This document shows, piece by piece, positions 10,081-19,489 of a DNA stretch of 64,000 nt. The position numbers were made by a program, and so were the translations under genes. Each line of letters begins with the position of its first letter. The first letter of the stretch is position 1. Under the pieces are notes generated by a model. That model ran no database searches, was not told the DNA's origin, and saw only the letters and a program-made list of their open reading frames with translations. Source of the stretch: an uncultured Candidatus Actinomarina sp. Its GTDB lineage: Bacteria > Actinomycetota > Acidimicrobiia > Actinomarinales > Actinomarinaceae. The stretch spans positions 212-64,211 of the forward strand of contig CABWZY010000001.1 of assembly GCA_902510055.1 (NCBI GenBank). The letters run 5' to 3'.

Positions 10081-10859
10081 TGTCTTATATTTCTTGGCAT
10101 CCACATTTTGATGTATGGGCATTAATTTTTTCTTTAATAATATTTTTTGAATATACAACCGATAATAACTACTTAAAAAAAGAGAAAAGAAAATTTTGGT
10201 ACTCAGGACTTTTAATTTTATGGATTTTTACTGATTGGCCGATTCATGATATTGGTGAGAAGTATTTATTTTCTGTCCATTCAGTAGAGCACTTGGTTCT
10301 TGCATTGGTAACGCCTCCCCTCTTACTTATGGGGATGCATAGTGCACAAAAAAAAGTTATCTCAATCAAACCTTTCATTAATTTACTTAAGATAACAAGC
10401 CATCCCTTAATTGCCTTTATACTTTTCAATACAGTTATGGTTGGGATGCACTGGAGCTTAGTTGTAAACCTAATGGTGACTAATACAATATTTCACTTTT
10501 TCATACACTCTTTAATGCTTTTAGTTTCCTTAAATATGTGGGTTCCGGTAATTGGTTTTACAGATGACATAAAGAAACTTGGCTCACCAGCAAAAATAGG
10601 ATACCTTTTTTTGCAGTCCTTACTCCCAACAATTCCTGCTAGCTTTTTAGCTTTTGGAACAGAACCCCTTTATTCAGCCTACGTCGGTATAGATCAAGTA
10701 TTTAATATATCAACTATAGATGACCAGACCCTTGCAGGAGTAATACTTAAGCTTGGTGGAGGTCTGATTCTATGGTCTTTTATATTAGTTATATGGATGA
10801 AATGGTATAAAACAGAAAAAACGTTTGATGATGTAGTTAGAAACTCATCAAATGACTAA
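10080..10859 (+). CDS. ctaG: Cytochrome c oxidase assembly factor CtaG (caa3_CtaG family)
   Basis: It is a polytopic protein at the position of Bacillus ctaG and overlaps the ctaF stop in a TAATG junction. The call rests on family resemblance only. Confidence 0.7.
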   Translation: MSYISWHPHFDVWALIFSLIIFFEYTTDNNYLKKEKRKFWYSGLLILWIFTDWPIHDIGEKYLFSVHSVEHLVLALVTPPLLLMGMHSAQKKVISIKPFINLLKITSHPLIAFILFNTVMVGMHWSLVVNLMVTNTIFHFFIHSLMLLVSLNMWVPVIGFTDDIKKLGSPAKIGYLFLQSLLPTIPASFLAFGTEPLYSAYVGIDQVFNISTIDDQTLAGVILKLGGGLILWSFILVIWMKWYKTEKTFDDVVRNSSND

Positions 10860-10877
10860 AATTTAGAGAGAATCAAA

Positions 10878-11963
10878 ATGGATGAAAAACTTATAGAAGA
10901 AATTAGTAGCTCGACAGGTGTTCCTCAAGAGCTTGTTTCTAGATCTGCTCAAGCTAGAGCTGAGGCCAACGGAGTAGACATAAATAACATTTTAGCTAGT
11001 TGGTCATCTGGAGAAGCTGTTTCTGCGACTGCTGTAGTTAAAAGTACTGAGCCAGTTGTAGAAACTGTAGAAGAAGAACCTGTCGTTGTAGAAACTGTAG
11101 AAGAAGAACCTGTCGTTGTAGAAAGTAGTGTCCTAACAATAGAGGAAGTTGAACCTCCTGTTATGTTGTTTGAAAAGATTACAAAAGCTTTACAATATGG
11201 TTCACTTTTTGGAGTTGTAGCTGGATTTATACAAGCTTTCATTATGAGCTCTAATTTATATGAAGGTCTAGTACTAGAATCTGAAACACTTAAATTAATT
11301 GCAAATTACGAACAAAGGGATTTTATTTTGAACTTGGCTTTAACTACTACTTTCTTTGCAGTGTTAAACACAATAAACATTAAAAAAATTCTGGAAACAA
11401 ATTTTGATGGATTTGGTATCCACACTTCAGATAGAGAATCTATTTTTCTCGGTTTAGGTTTAGGTTTAATTTTTGGCTCCTCTAGTGCCTTTCTAATTAC
11501 TTCAAACATTGGTCAAACAATAGAAGGAATTCTCCCTGAAGATCCAACAACTTACTTAATACCCGTATTCGGTTCTTTTTGGAGAATAGTTTTATTTGGA
11601 GTAGTGTCGCAAAGTCTCATTACTTTAATAACAATGGTTTTAGGGGTTCCTAAAGGTCTTGATATTTACGAACAAGAACAAGCAGATATTGTAAGAAAAA
11701 GAATTACTGGATCCATTGTTGTACCAGTAGGTGCAATATTATCTGGAGGAGCTGTTGCTATATTTATTTCACAAGTCTTTATTAACTTTCATGACTATGC
11801 TCCTCTTTTTGCCCTAATAATTTCTGCTACTGTTTTATTGTTTGCTTCTATTATGAGCTCTGCTCCAAAAATAAAGATCACTAGAAATGAAGTACTTATT
11901 GCTGGTGCAGGAATATTAACTTTAATAATTATAATTGCCAGTGTTGCTGCTAGTCAGCATTAA
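10878..11963 (+). CDS. Membrane protein of unknown function with an acidic tandem-repeat linker
   Basis: It has a soluble N-terminal domain, then a VVETVEEEP repeat, then about 6-7 TM helices. I recognise no family. Confidence 0.5.
   Translation: MDEKLIEEISSSTGVPQELVSRSAQARAEANGVDINNILASWSSGEAVSATAVVKSTEPVVETVEEEPVVVETVEEEPVVVESSVLTIEEVEPPVMLFEKITKALQYGSLFGVVAGFIQAFIMSSNLYEGLVLESETLKLIANYEQRDFILNLALTTTFFAVLNTINIKKILETNFDGFGIHTSDRESIFLGLGLGLIFGSSSAFLITSNIGQTIEGILPEDPTTYLIPVFGSFWRIVLFGVVSQSLITLITMVLGVPKGLDIYEQEQADIVRKRITGSIVVPVGAILSGGAVAIFISQVFINFHDYAPLFALIISATVLLFASIMSSAPKIKITRNEVLIAGAGILTLIIIIASVAASQH
11055..11124 (+). repeat. 30-bp perfect tandem direct repeat (2.3 copies), in frame within the CDS
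   Basis: The unit gttgtagaaactgtagaagaagaacctgtc occurs at 11055-11084 and 11085-11114, with a partial third copy. It encodes VVETVEEEPV twice. Confidence 0.9.
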
Positions 11964-11969
11964 TAAGAG

Positions 11970-13232
11970 GTGAATAAAGTTAATTTTAGAGACAAAAAAA
12001 TCATCGAAGATTACCTAAGTAATAATAGGTGGGATGGGGTAAAAAGAAATTACACACCTGAAGATATTCTTTCACTAAGACCCCCATTTAAAGTTAGTAA
12101 TACAGTATCTGAGCAAGGTTCTAAATCTTTATGGGGGTTATTAAATAGAGATGATAAATGGGTTTCAGGACTCGGTGCTTCAACAATCCAGCAAGGTATC
12201 CAAATGTTAAAAGCTGGTCTTGAAATTATTTATATAAGTGGATGGCAAATAGCCGCTGAAAGTAATAACGGCGATAACACTTATCCTGATTTATCTTTAT
12301 ACCCTTCAAATAGTGGTCCTAACTTTATAAAAAAAATGAACAATACACTACTAAGAATTAGTGCTGAAGAAGAAATGGACAGCTTGCCACCTATTGTCGC
12401 CGATGCAGAGTCTGGTTTTGGTGGTATTTATAGTGTATTCGACCTAACTTCACAGTTTATTAATTCAGGTATTTCTGGTCTACATTTTGAAGACCAACTA
12501 GCATCAGAAAAAAAATGTGGGCATATGGGAGGAAAGGTCGTAATTCCTACTCATGAATTTATTAACAAACTTAGCGCAGCAAGGTTAGCAGCAGATGTGA
12601 GTGAATCACCAATTGTAATTATCGCAAGAACTGATGCTTATAGTGCAAAACTTATAACTTCAGATTTTGATGAAACCGATAAAGCTTATTTAAGCGGTAA
12701 AAGAACAGTTGATGGGTACTTTGAAATTAAGAACAACAAAGAATTTGCTTTGGCGAAATCTCTTTCTTATGCAGAATTTGCTGATGTTATATGGTGTGAA
12801 ACGAATGAGCCTGATTTAGGGTTTGCAAAAGAATTTGCTGATGAAATTAAAGCTAAATTTCCAAATAAACTTTTAGCTTATAATTGTTCTCCTTCTTTTA
12901 ATTGGACTGAAAAATTTAATGACAAAGAACTTGAAGAATTCCAAAGCAAACTTTCAGACTTAGGATATAAGTTACAGTTTGTTTCTCTAGCTGGTTTTCA
13001 TTCAATGGCTAGTTCTATGTATGAGCTTGCAAGCAACTATAAAGGTGGGAATATGAAAGCATTTGTTGACCTTCAAAAAAAAGAGATTGAATTGGAGAAA
13101 GAAGGGTACACAGCAACTAAACACCAACAAGAGGTCGGTTCTAATTATTACGAGAGATTAGGAGAAATAATCTTAGGAAAAGATTCTGAACTACTTTCTG
13201 AAAAAGACTCGACAGAAAATACACAATTTTAA
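11970..13232 (+). CDS. aceA: Isocitrate lyase
   Basis: It has the ICL signature KKCGHMGGK, a GTG start, and an N-terminus that aligns with actinobacterial Icl. Confidence 0.9.
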   Translation: MNKVNFRDKKIIEDYLSNNRWDGVKRNYTPEDILSLRPPFKVSNTVSEQGSKSLWGLLNRDDKWVSGLGASTIQQGIQMLKAGLEIIYISGWQIAAESNNGDNTYPDLSLYPSNSGPNFIKKMNNTLLRISAEEEMDSLPPIVADAESGFGGIYSVFDLTSQFINSGISGLHFEDQLASEKKCGHMGGKVVIPTHEFINKLSAARLAADVSESPIVIIARTDAYSAKLITSDFDETDKAYLSGKRTVDGYFEIKNNKEFALAKSLSYAEFADVIWCETNEPDLGFAKEFADEIKAKFPNKLLAYNCSPSFNWTEKFNDKELEEFQSKLSDLGYKLQFVSLAGFHSMASSMYELASNYKGGNMKAFVDLQKKEIELEKEGYTATKHQQEVGSNYYERLGEIILGKDSELLSEKDSTENTQF

Positions 13233-13244
13233 TAAAATATCTTA

Positions 13245-14093
13245 ATGAGTTTCTTTAAAGACAAAACAATAGTGATGAGTGGTGGCTCTAGAGGTGTTGG
13301 TCTTGAAATAGCAAAAGCACTTGGAAAAGATGGTGCAAATATAGCTATTTTAGCTAAAACAACTGAGCCTCATCCAAAACTTCCAGGAACTTTATACACT
13401 GCTGCAGAAGATATTGAAAAAGTTGGCGGTATTGCTCTTCCATTAGTATGTGATATAAGGTTTGAAGATCAAGTACAGGATTCAATAAAACAAGTTGTGG
13501 AAAAATTTGGTGGTATAGATATATGTATTAATAATGCAAGTGCCATACACCTTAGTGACACACTTAATACCCCCATGAAGAGATATGATTTAATGCATAA
13601 TATAAATGTCAGAGGAACATTCTTATTAAGCCAAACATGCATACCTCATCTTAAAAAAGGAAATAATCCACATATTTTAACGCTTGGACCTCCTATAGAT
13701 ATTGCAAGAAAATGGTTCGGAATGACCCTTGCTTATACAACAGCAAAATATGGAATGTCTCTTATTGCACATGGGCTTGCAGAAGAACTTGGAGAGTTTG
13801 GAATAGCATCTAATTGCTTGTGGCCAAGAACTGCTTTAGATACTGCTGCAGTACAAAATGTAATTGGTTCAGAACTAGTTAAAGGTTCAAGGAAACCAAC
13901 AATATATGCTGACGCTGCATACGCTGTCCTAAAAAGAGATTCTTCTAGTTGTACTGGTAACTTCTTCTTAGATCAAGATGTTTTAGAAGAAGAAGGTGTT
14001 ACTGATTTTGATCAATATGCAATTGAACCTGGTCAACAACTTGTATCAGATTTCTTTGTAGATGACAATCCTGAAGAATGGATGCAACTTTAG
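13245..14093 (+). CDS. Short-chain dehydrogenase/reductase (HSDL2 / MFE-2 dehydrogenase-like)
   Basis: It has the glycine-rich GGSRGVGLEIA motif, NNAS, and the catalytic YTTAK (YxxxK). Confidence 0.8.
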   Translation: MSFFKDKTIVMSGGSRGVGLEIAKALGKDGANIAILAKTTEPHPKLPGTLYTAAEDIEKVGGIALPLVCDIRFEDQVQDSIKQVVEKFGGIDICINNASAIHLSDTLNTPMKRYDLMHNINVRGTFLLSQTCIPHLKKGNNPHILTLGPPIDIARKWFGMTLAYTTAKYGMSLIAHGLAEELGEFGIASNCLWPRTALDTAAVQNVIGSELVKGSRKPTIYADAAYAVLKRDSSSCTGNFFLDQDVLEEEGVTDFDQYAIEPGQQLVSDFFVDDNPEEWMQL

Positions 14094-14105
14094 TATATTA
14101 AAATT

Positions 14106-15257
14106 ATGAGAAACGCTTTTATAGTAGACGGTTTAAGAACACCAATTGGTAAAAGAGGCGGTTCTCTTAAAGGAACCCATGCAATAGACTTATTAGGATT
14201 AGTAATTGAAAACCTAGTAAGCAGAAATTCTATAGATCCTGTTGATATTGATGATGTAATTGCAGGATGTGTTTCCCAACTCGGAGAACAAACAGGAAAT
14301 GTTGGAAGAAATGCTGCATTAGCTGCTGGACTCCCCGAATCAGTACCTGGAACTACCGTTGATCGGCAGTGTGGGTCTTCTCAGCAAGCTTTACATTTTG
14401 CAGCTCAAGGAATAATTGCTGGATCATATGATATTGCAATTGCATGTGGTGTAGAAATGATGTCAAGAGTGCCCATGGGATCAACATTTAGTTACGAAGG
14501 GCCCGAAGGTGTCTCAACAGCATTTGGTCCAAAAATGTACGATAGATACCCAGGCTTAGTTCCCCAAGGATTATCAGCTGAAATGATGGCAGAAAAATGG
14601 GATTTAAATAGAGATGAATTAGATGAAATAGCTTACTCTTCACACCAAAGAGCTCTTTTTGCTTCAGAGAATGGTCATCTTGATAACCAAATTCTCGAAA
14701 TTTCAGAAACTTTAGTTAAAGACGAAGGAGTTAGGCCAGAAACGACTAAAGAAATCCTTTCTCAGCTAGACCCAGCATTTAAACCCGATGGTGTAATTAC
14801 TGCTGGAAACTCTTCACAAATCTCCGATGGTGCTGCAGCTCTATTAGTTGTCTCAGAAGAAGCGATAAATAAGTACAACTTAGAACCAATGGTCAAAATA
14901 AATAGTATGTCCGTTGTAGGGACAGATCCTGTTTTAATGTTAAGTGGTCCGATCCCCGCAACAAATAAAGCTCTAGAACATGCAAAGTTGAAACCCGAAG
15001 ATATGGATCTTGTAGAAATAAATGAAGCATTTTCATCTGTAGTTGGTGCTTGGAGAAAAGAATTCCCAGGAATTAGTTATGAAAATGTAAATGCTAATGG
15101 AGGTTCTATAGCAATTGGACACCCACTTGGAGCAACAGGTGCAAGACTGATGACAAATCTTATACATGAAATGAAAAGAAATAAATTAAAATATGGCCTT
15201 CAAGCAATATGTGAAGGTGGCGGAACCGCAAACGCTACAATTGTTGAATTGGTTTAA
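14106..15257 (+). CDS. Acetyl-CoA C-acyltransferase (thiolase)
   Basis: It has the active-site Cys context DRQCGSSQQA, plus NANGGSIAIGHPLGATG and CEGGGTANA. Confidence 0.9.
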   Translation: MRNAFIVDGLRTPIGKRGGSLKGTHAIDLLGLVIENLVSRNSIDPVDIDDVIAGCVSQLGEQTGNVGRNAALAAGLPESVPGTTVDRQCGSSQQALHFAAQGIIAGSYDIAIACGVEMMSRVPMGSTFSYEGPEGVSTAFGPKMYDRYPGLVPQGLSAEMMAEKWDLNRDELDEIAYSSHQRALFASENGHLDNQILEISETLVKDEGVRPETTKEILSQLDPAFKPDGVITAGNSSQISDGAAALLVVSEEAINKYNLEPMVKINSMSVVGTDPVLMLSGPIPATNKALEHAKLKPEDMDLVEINEAFSSVVGAWRKEFPGISYENVNANGGSIAIGHPLGATGARLMTNLIHEMKRNKLKYGLQAICEGGGTANATIVELV

Positions 15258-15260
15258 TTA

Positions 15261-16373
15261 ATGAAACCGCTTGAAGGGGTTCGTGTTCTAGAGATCGCTT
15301 CTATTGGGCCTGGGCCTTTAGCGGCAAATACTTTTTTTGAACTTGGTGCTGAAGTAATCAGGGTAAATAATCCAAATATAGTAAATCTACTCCCTCCTAG
15401 TACTGATCCATCCTTAGAAAATAGAGTAAATGTAACAATAGATTTAAAAAACAAAGACGGAATAAAATTAATAAAAGAATTACTTCCTAGCGTTGATATT
15501 TTATTAGAAGGTAATCGGCCAAATGTAATGGAAAAAATTGGCTTAGGACCTGAAGAAGTTCATGCTGTAAATTCTAATACTGTCTATATAAGGCTTACTG
15601 GATGGGGACAAGAAGGCACTATGAAAGAAGATGCTGGACATGATATAAATTATCTTGCATTGTCAGGGATTTTAAGTTTATTAGGTAAAGAAGGAAATCC
15701 TCCTGAACCCCCAATAAATCTCTTAGCTGATTATGGCTCTGGAACTATGTTTGCAGTAATTTCTGGAATACTTGGAATCTACGAAGTAAAGAGTAATGAA
15801 AAGAAAAATCTAGTTTATGATGTTGCGATGTTCGAAGGGGCTTCATATCTTGGGTCATTATTATTTGGATTAAAAGATAGCGGAATGTGGAGTAAGTCAA
15901 GGGGAACCAACTTATTAGATGGTGGGGCTCCCTTTTATAGGTGTTATGAGACAAAAGATAGTAAATATGTAGCAGTAGGAGCGCTGGAAAATAAATTTTT
16001 CAAAGAATTGATTGCAACTTTAAACCTTCCAAGTGAAATGGTAAGTGACCAAATGAATTTTGAAAAATGGCCTAAACACGTAAATTTATTTAGTGAAATA
16101 TTTTTAAGTAAACCTAGAGATGAGTGGGCTGATATTTTTAATAATACTGACTGTTGTGTTACACCAGTACTTGATTTAGATGAAGCAAGAGTCCATCCTC
16201 ACCCTGTTTCTAGAAATTCGTATCACAACAACTTCCCTAGAAGTAACAATATTCTTATACAGAAAGAAGAAGAAAATACCTCAGGAGATATTAGATCTAT
16301 ATTTAATGAGTTAAATATAAGTAAAGAATTTATAGAAGAAGTTGAAAAAAGTGGGACACTTTCAATAGAATAA
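15261..16373 (+). CDS. Family III CoA-transferase (CaiB/BaiF), alpha-methylacyl-CoA racemase-like
   Basis: The N-terminal PLEGVRVLEIASIGPGP is typical of the family, and the 370 aa length fits. Confidence 0.8.
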   Translation: MKPLEGVRVLEIASIGPGPLAANTFFELGAEVIRVNNPNIVNLLPPSTDPSLENRVNVTIDLKNKDGIKLIKELLPSVDILLEGNRPNVMEKIGLGPEEVHAVNSNTVYIRLTGWGQEGTMKEDAGHDINYLALSGILSLLGKEGNPPEPPINLLADYGSGTMFAVISGILGIYEVKSNEKKNLVYDVAMFEGASYLGSLLFGLKDSGMWSKSRGTNLLDGGAPFYRCYETKDSKYVAVGALENKFFKELIATLNLPSEMVSDQMNFEKWPKHVNLFSEIFLSKPRDEWADIFNNTDCCVTPVLDLDEARVHPHPVSRNSYHNNFPRSNNILIQKEEENTSGDIRSIFNELNISKEFIEEVEKSGTLSIE

Positions 16374-16377
16374 ACTC

Positions 16378-17232
16378 ATGCCAATTAATCCAGAAATATT
16401 ATTAAACAAAGAACTAGAAGAGGTAGAAGGCTCTTGGTCAGAAGAACGAGTTATTTTATATAATATTGCTGTTGGAAGTAGTCAAGATCCTCTAAATAAA
16501 AGTGATCTTGAATTTACTTTAGGTCCTAATCCAAAAGTTATACCATCTTTTGCGGCGTGCATATACCCCATGGAGTCAGTCTTTTCAATTATTGGAACCG
16601 AGGGTCTTGAGGTTTCTTTAACCTCTCTTCTTCATGGTGAACAAAAAATAACAATACATAAAGATATTCCATCTAGTGGGACAGCCTTAACTAAAGCAAA
16701 AATTACAGCTGTTGAAGATTACAGAAAATTTGCATCGGTAACTATTGCCTCTGATTCTTATATAGGCGATGAAAAAATATCAACCGCAGAATCAGTAATG
16801 TTGTTTATTGGAGAAGGTGGTTTTGGCATAAAGCCAGAGAAGAAAGAAAAACTAACTTCCCCAAAAACTGACCCTGATAATGTAATTGAATATAAAACTC
16901 TTGAAAATCAAGCTATTCTCTACAGGGTTCCTTCTGGAGATAATAATCCCTTACATGTTGATCCTGACTTTGCAAAAGTTGCTGGGTTCGAAAGACCAAT
17001 ACTTCATGGATTGTGTACATATGGAATAACTTGTAAAAAATTAATTGAAAGTGAATTTGAAAATGACCCCCTAAAAGTTTCTGAAATTTCTGCTCGATTT
17101 AGCGGACCAGTAACTCCTGGAAATACATTGCAAATAAACAGCTGGGATCAAGATTCCTATACAATTGCAAATGTAATTGAAAAAGAAACAGAAACAGTAG
17201 TGCTTAAAGATTTTGTACTAAAAAGAAAATAA
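16378..17232 (+). CDS. MaoC-like (R)-specific enoyl-CoA hydratase, double hot-dog
   Basis: It carries the hydratase-2 motif YRVPSGDNNPLHVDPDFA. Confidence 0.8.
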   Translation: MPINPEILLNKELEEVEGSWSEERVILYNIAVGSSQDPLNKSDLEFTLGPNPKVIPSFAACIYPMESVFSIIGTEGLEVSLTSLLHGEQKITIHKDIPSSGTALTKAKITAVEDYRKFASVTIASDSYIGDEKISTAESVMLFIGEGGFGIKPEKKEKLTSPKTDPDNVIEYKTLENQAILYRVPSGDNNPLHVDPDFAKVAGFERPILHGLCTYGITCKKLIESEFENDPLKVSEISARFSGPVTPGNTLQINSWDQDSYTIANVIEKETETVVLKDFVLKRK

Positions 17233-17234
17233 AT

Positions 17235-17444
17235 TTAATTTCCTAAGAAATCTACAACGCTTTCCCAGCCTTTACTTGTCCCTTTGTAAAATTCTGTGTA
17301 TTGACATTTAGCACATGTAATTGAAGTGAATTTCCTATTTTGAATATTCATGAATCTAGACCATGATTTTCCAGTCATAGTTACAGTATCTTCTTCATAT
17401 TGCATATTCTTACACTTTGTGCAGTACCAAGTTTTATTCTCCAT
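17235..17444 (-). CDS. Small zinc-ribbon protein
   Basis: It is 69 aa with CTKC...CAKC pairs and resembles the predicted nucleic-acid-binding Zn-ribbon family. Confidence 0.6.
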   Translation of the reverse strand: MENKTWYCTKCKNMQYEEDTVTMTGKSWSRFMNIQNRKFTSITCAKCQYTEFYKGTSKGWESVVDFLGN

Positions 17445-17469
17445 ATGAATATTGTACTATTAAATAGTG

Positions 17470-19455
17470 ATGGAATTTAAAAATCATAAAAATCATAGAA
17501 TATTACTTTTTATTGGATTATCTATAATAATTGCTTCATGTGGCTCTCAAGAAGCTTCTGGGCCAGATCTCCAAATAATTAGAGTTGTTGATGATGAATT
17601 CTCTCCTAAGGTCCTAAAAATATCTGAAGGAACTACTGTTATTTGGGAGTCTGGTGGGTCAAATGACCATAATGTAATAGCTAGTGATGGGTCATGGCAG
17701 GCTGTCTCCTCTGATTATTTTGAATATGGAATAATTACTAAAGGCGATCAGTTTGAACACACCTTTAATGAAGCTGGCGTATACGAATATTATTGCCCAT
17801 ATCATGGAACTAACAATAAAGGCATGGTTGGAATCATTATTGTTGGAGATGCAGAATATATTCCTCCTGTAGAAGACGTAAATGTTGCTCTAACTAGTGA
17901 TGTTCTAGAAGTCGGCAAAGACTCTTCATTTTCAACAATACAAAGTGCTGTTGATGCAGCTAAACCGGGGAATTTAATTCTTATAAATAATGGCGTTTAC
18001 AACGAAACAATTACTGTTACCACTCCTTATCTAACAATCCGTGGAAGAGATAGAAATAATGTAATTATTGATGGTGAGTTTATGAGAGAAAATGGAATAA
18101 ATGTTTACGATACTGATGGAGTGAGTGTTGAGAACCTATCCGTTAGAAATTTCTCTCTAAATGGTGTTTACTGGAATGGTTCCAAAGGCTTTGCTGGTAG
18201 ATATTTAACAACTTATAACAATGGTGATTATGGTGTTTATGCATTTGGTTCGACAGACGGTATATTTGAGAATATATACGCTTCTGGACATCCTGATAGT
18301 GGTATCTATATTGGTCAATGCTACCCATGCAACTCCTTAATTTATGACAGTGTTGTTGAGGGCAATGCACTTGGGTACTCTGGAACAAATGCTGGTGGTC
18401 ATTTGTATATATTCAATAATATTTGGAGAGATAACATGTCAGGAGTTATTCCAAATACATTAGATTCTGAATTAGACCCCCCTGGAAGAGAAACAACTCT
18501 CGTTGGTAATTTAGTTGTAAACAATAATAACTATGAAGCACCTTCAAACCGTTTTGGTTTAGTAGCTAAAGGAATGGGTATTGTTGTGCCCGGTAGGGTT
18601 GGAGATATAATCGAAAAAAATATAGTAATTAACCATGATAAATATGGTCTTGTCGCAAGCCCAATGTTAGATGTAAACCTCTATTTCTCTCAACATGTGC
18701 AAGTTAAGAACAATCTAATAATGGATTCAGGTTATACGGACTTAGCATTAGCTGGCCCTTGGGGTCCTGGAAACTGTTTTGAAGGAAATATCTATCAAAC
18801 ATCTACTCCTCCCTTGCTTGAGCAACTTCATGATTGTGAATCAGTCGGGTCTGGTTCTCTTCTTTCAAGATTCCCATTACAGGGTGACGTATCAGGATTA
18901 ATGATGCTTGCAGGTTTATTTGCAGATGCAGCAAGCCAAGAAGCACCAAAAGCACGATACAAAGACTACCCGTGGCCTGAACCTCAAGATAATATGATTT
19001 TTGATGATATTAATAAACCATCACCAGCAATAAATTTATTTTATGTACCAGATATAAATTCAATTGGTCTTCCATTCCATCTTTTAGGTGGAGACAGTGT
19101 TGAAGATCTTATTGGAGCTAAAAAGGAGATAATTATGAGTGGAGTACCGATTACAAGCCCTAATGTTTGGCAATTGTTATTTCAACTTTACGGATATCTA
19201 ATGCCTTTTGTTTTGTATGCGGCTTGGGCTGCATTAGCAATTAAAGACATTGACTCTAATGATAAAGTTCAGGGAAGAAGCAAGTACATGTGGATAGCAA
19301 TAGTTTATCTTGTACCCTTCTTTGGTGTATTGATATACCACCTTGCAGGACCTAGCTTGATTTCAAGGAGTACAAAGATTGCAGCAATAGGTGGAGGATT
19401 AATTAGCTATATAGCAATACTTGTAGCTGGTGCCGTAATTAGTGGCTTAGTTTAA
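17470..19455 (+). CDS. Lipoprotein: cupredoxin domain, right-handed beta-helix (NosD-like) region and C-terminal PLDc_N-type 2-TM anchor
   Basis: It has a lipobox (IIASC) and type-1 Cu ligands (DHNVIA ... YYCPYHGTNNKGM). It also has repeated N/G-rich beta-helix-like turns and C-terminal YMWIAIVYLVPFFGVLIYHLAGP. ATG 17470 is preferred over GTG 17467. Confidence 0.7.
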   Translation: MEFKNHKNHRILLFIGLSIIIASCGSQEASGPDLQIIRVVDDEFSPKVLKISEGTTVIWESGGSNDHNVIASDGSWQAVSSDYFEYGIITKGDQFEHTFNEAGVYEYYCPYHGTNNKGMVGIIIVGDAEYIPPVEDVNVALTSDVLEVGKDSSFSTIQSAVDAAKPGNLILINNGVYNETITVTTPYLTIRGRDRNNVIIDGEFMRENGINVYDTDGVSVENLSVRNFSLNGVYWNGSKGFAGRYLTTYNNGDYGVYAFGSTDGIFENIYASGHPDSGIYIGQCYPCNSLIYDSVVEGNALGYSGTNAGGHLYIFNNIWRDNMSGVIPNTLDSELDPPGRETTLVGNLVVNNNNYEAPSNRFGLVAKGMGIVVPGRVGDIIEKNIVINHDKYGLVASPMLDVNLYFSQHVQVKNNLIMDSGYTDLALAGPWGPGNCFEGNIYQTSTPPLLEQLHDCESVGSGSLLSRFPLQGDVSGLMMLAGLFADAASQEAPKARYKDYPWPEPQDNMIFDDINKPSPAINLFYVPDINSIGLPFHLLGGDSVEDLIGAKKEIIMSGVPITSPNVWQLLFQLYGYLMPFVLYAAWAALAIKDIDSNDKVQGRSKYMWIAIVYLVPFFGVLIYHLAGPSLISRSTKIAAIGGGLISYIAILVAGAVISGLV

Positions 19456-19489
19456 TAACAAGCAAAATAATTTATCTTCAAAAACTTAT

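Noticed and set aside
11055-11124. Possible CRISPR-like or minisatellite array.
   Set aside because: There are only 2.3 directly abutting copies with no spacers. The repeat is in frame inside a CDS, and no cas genes are in the window.
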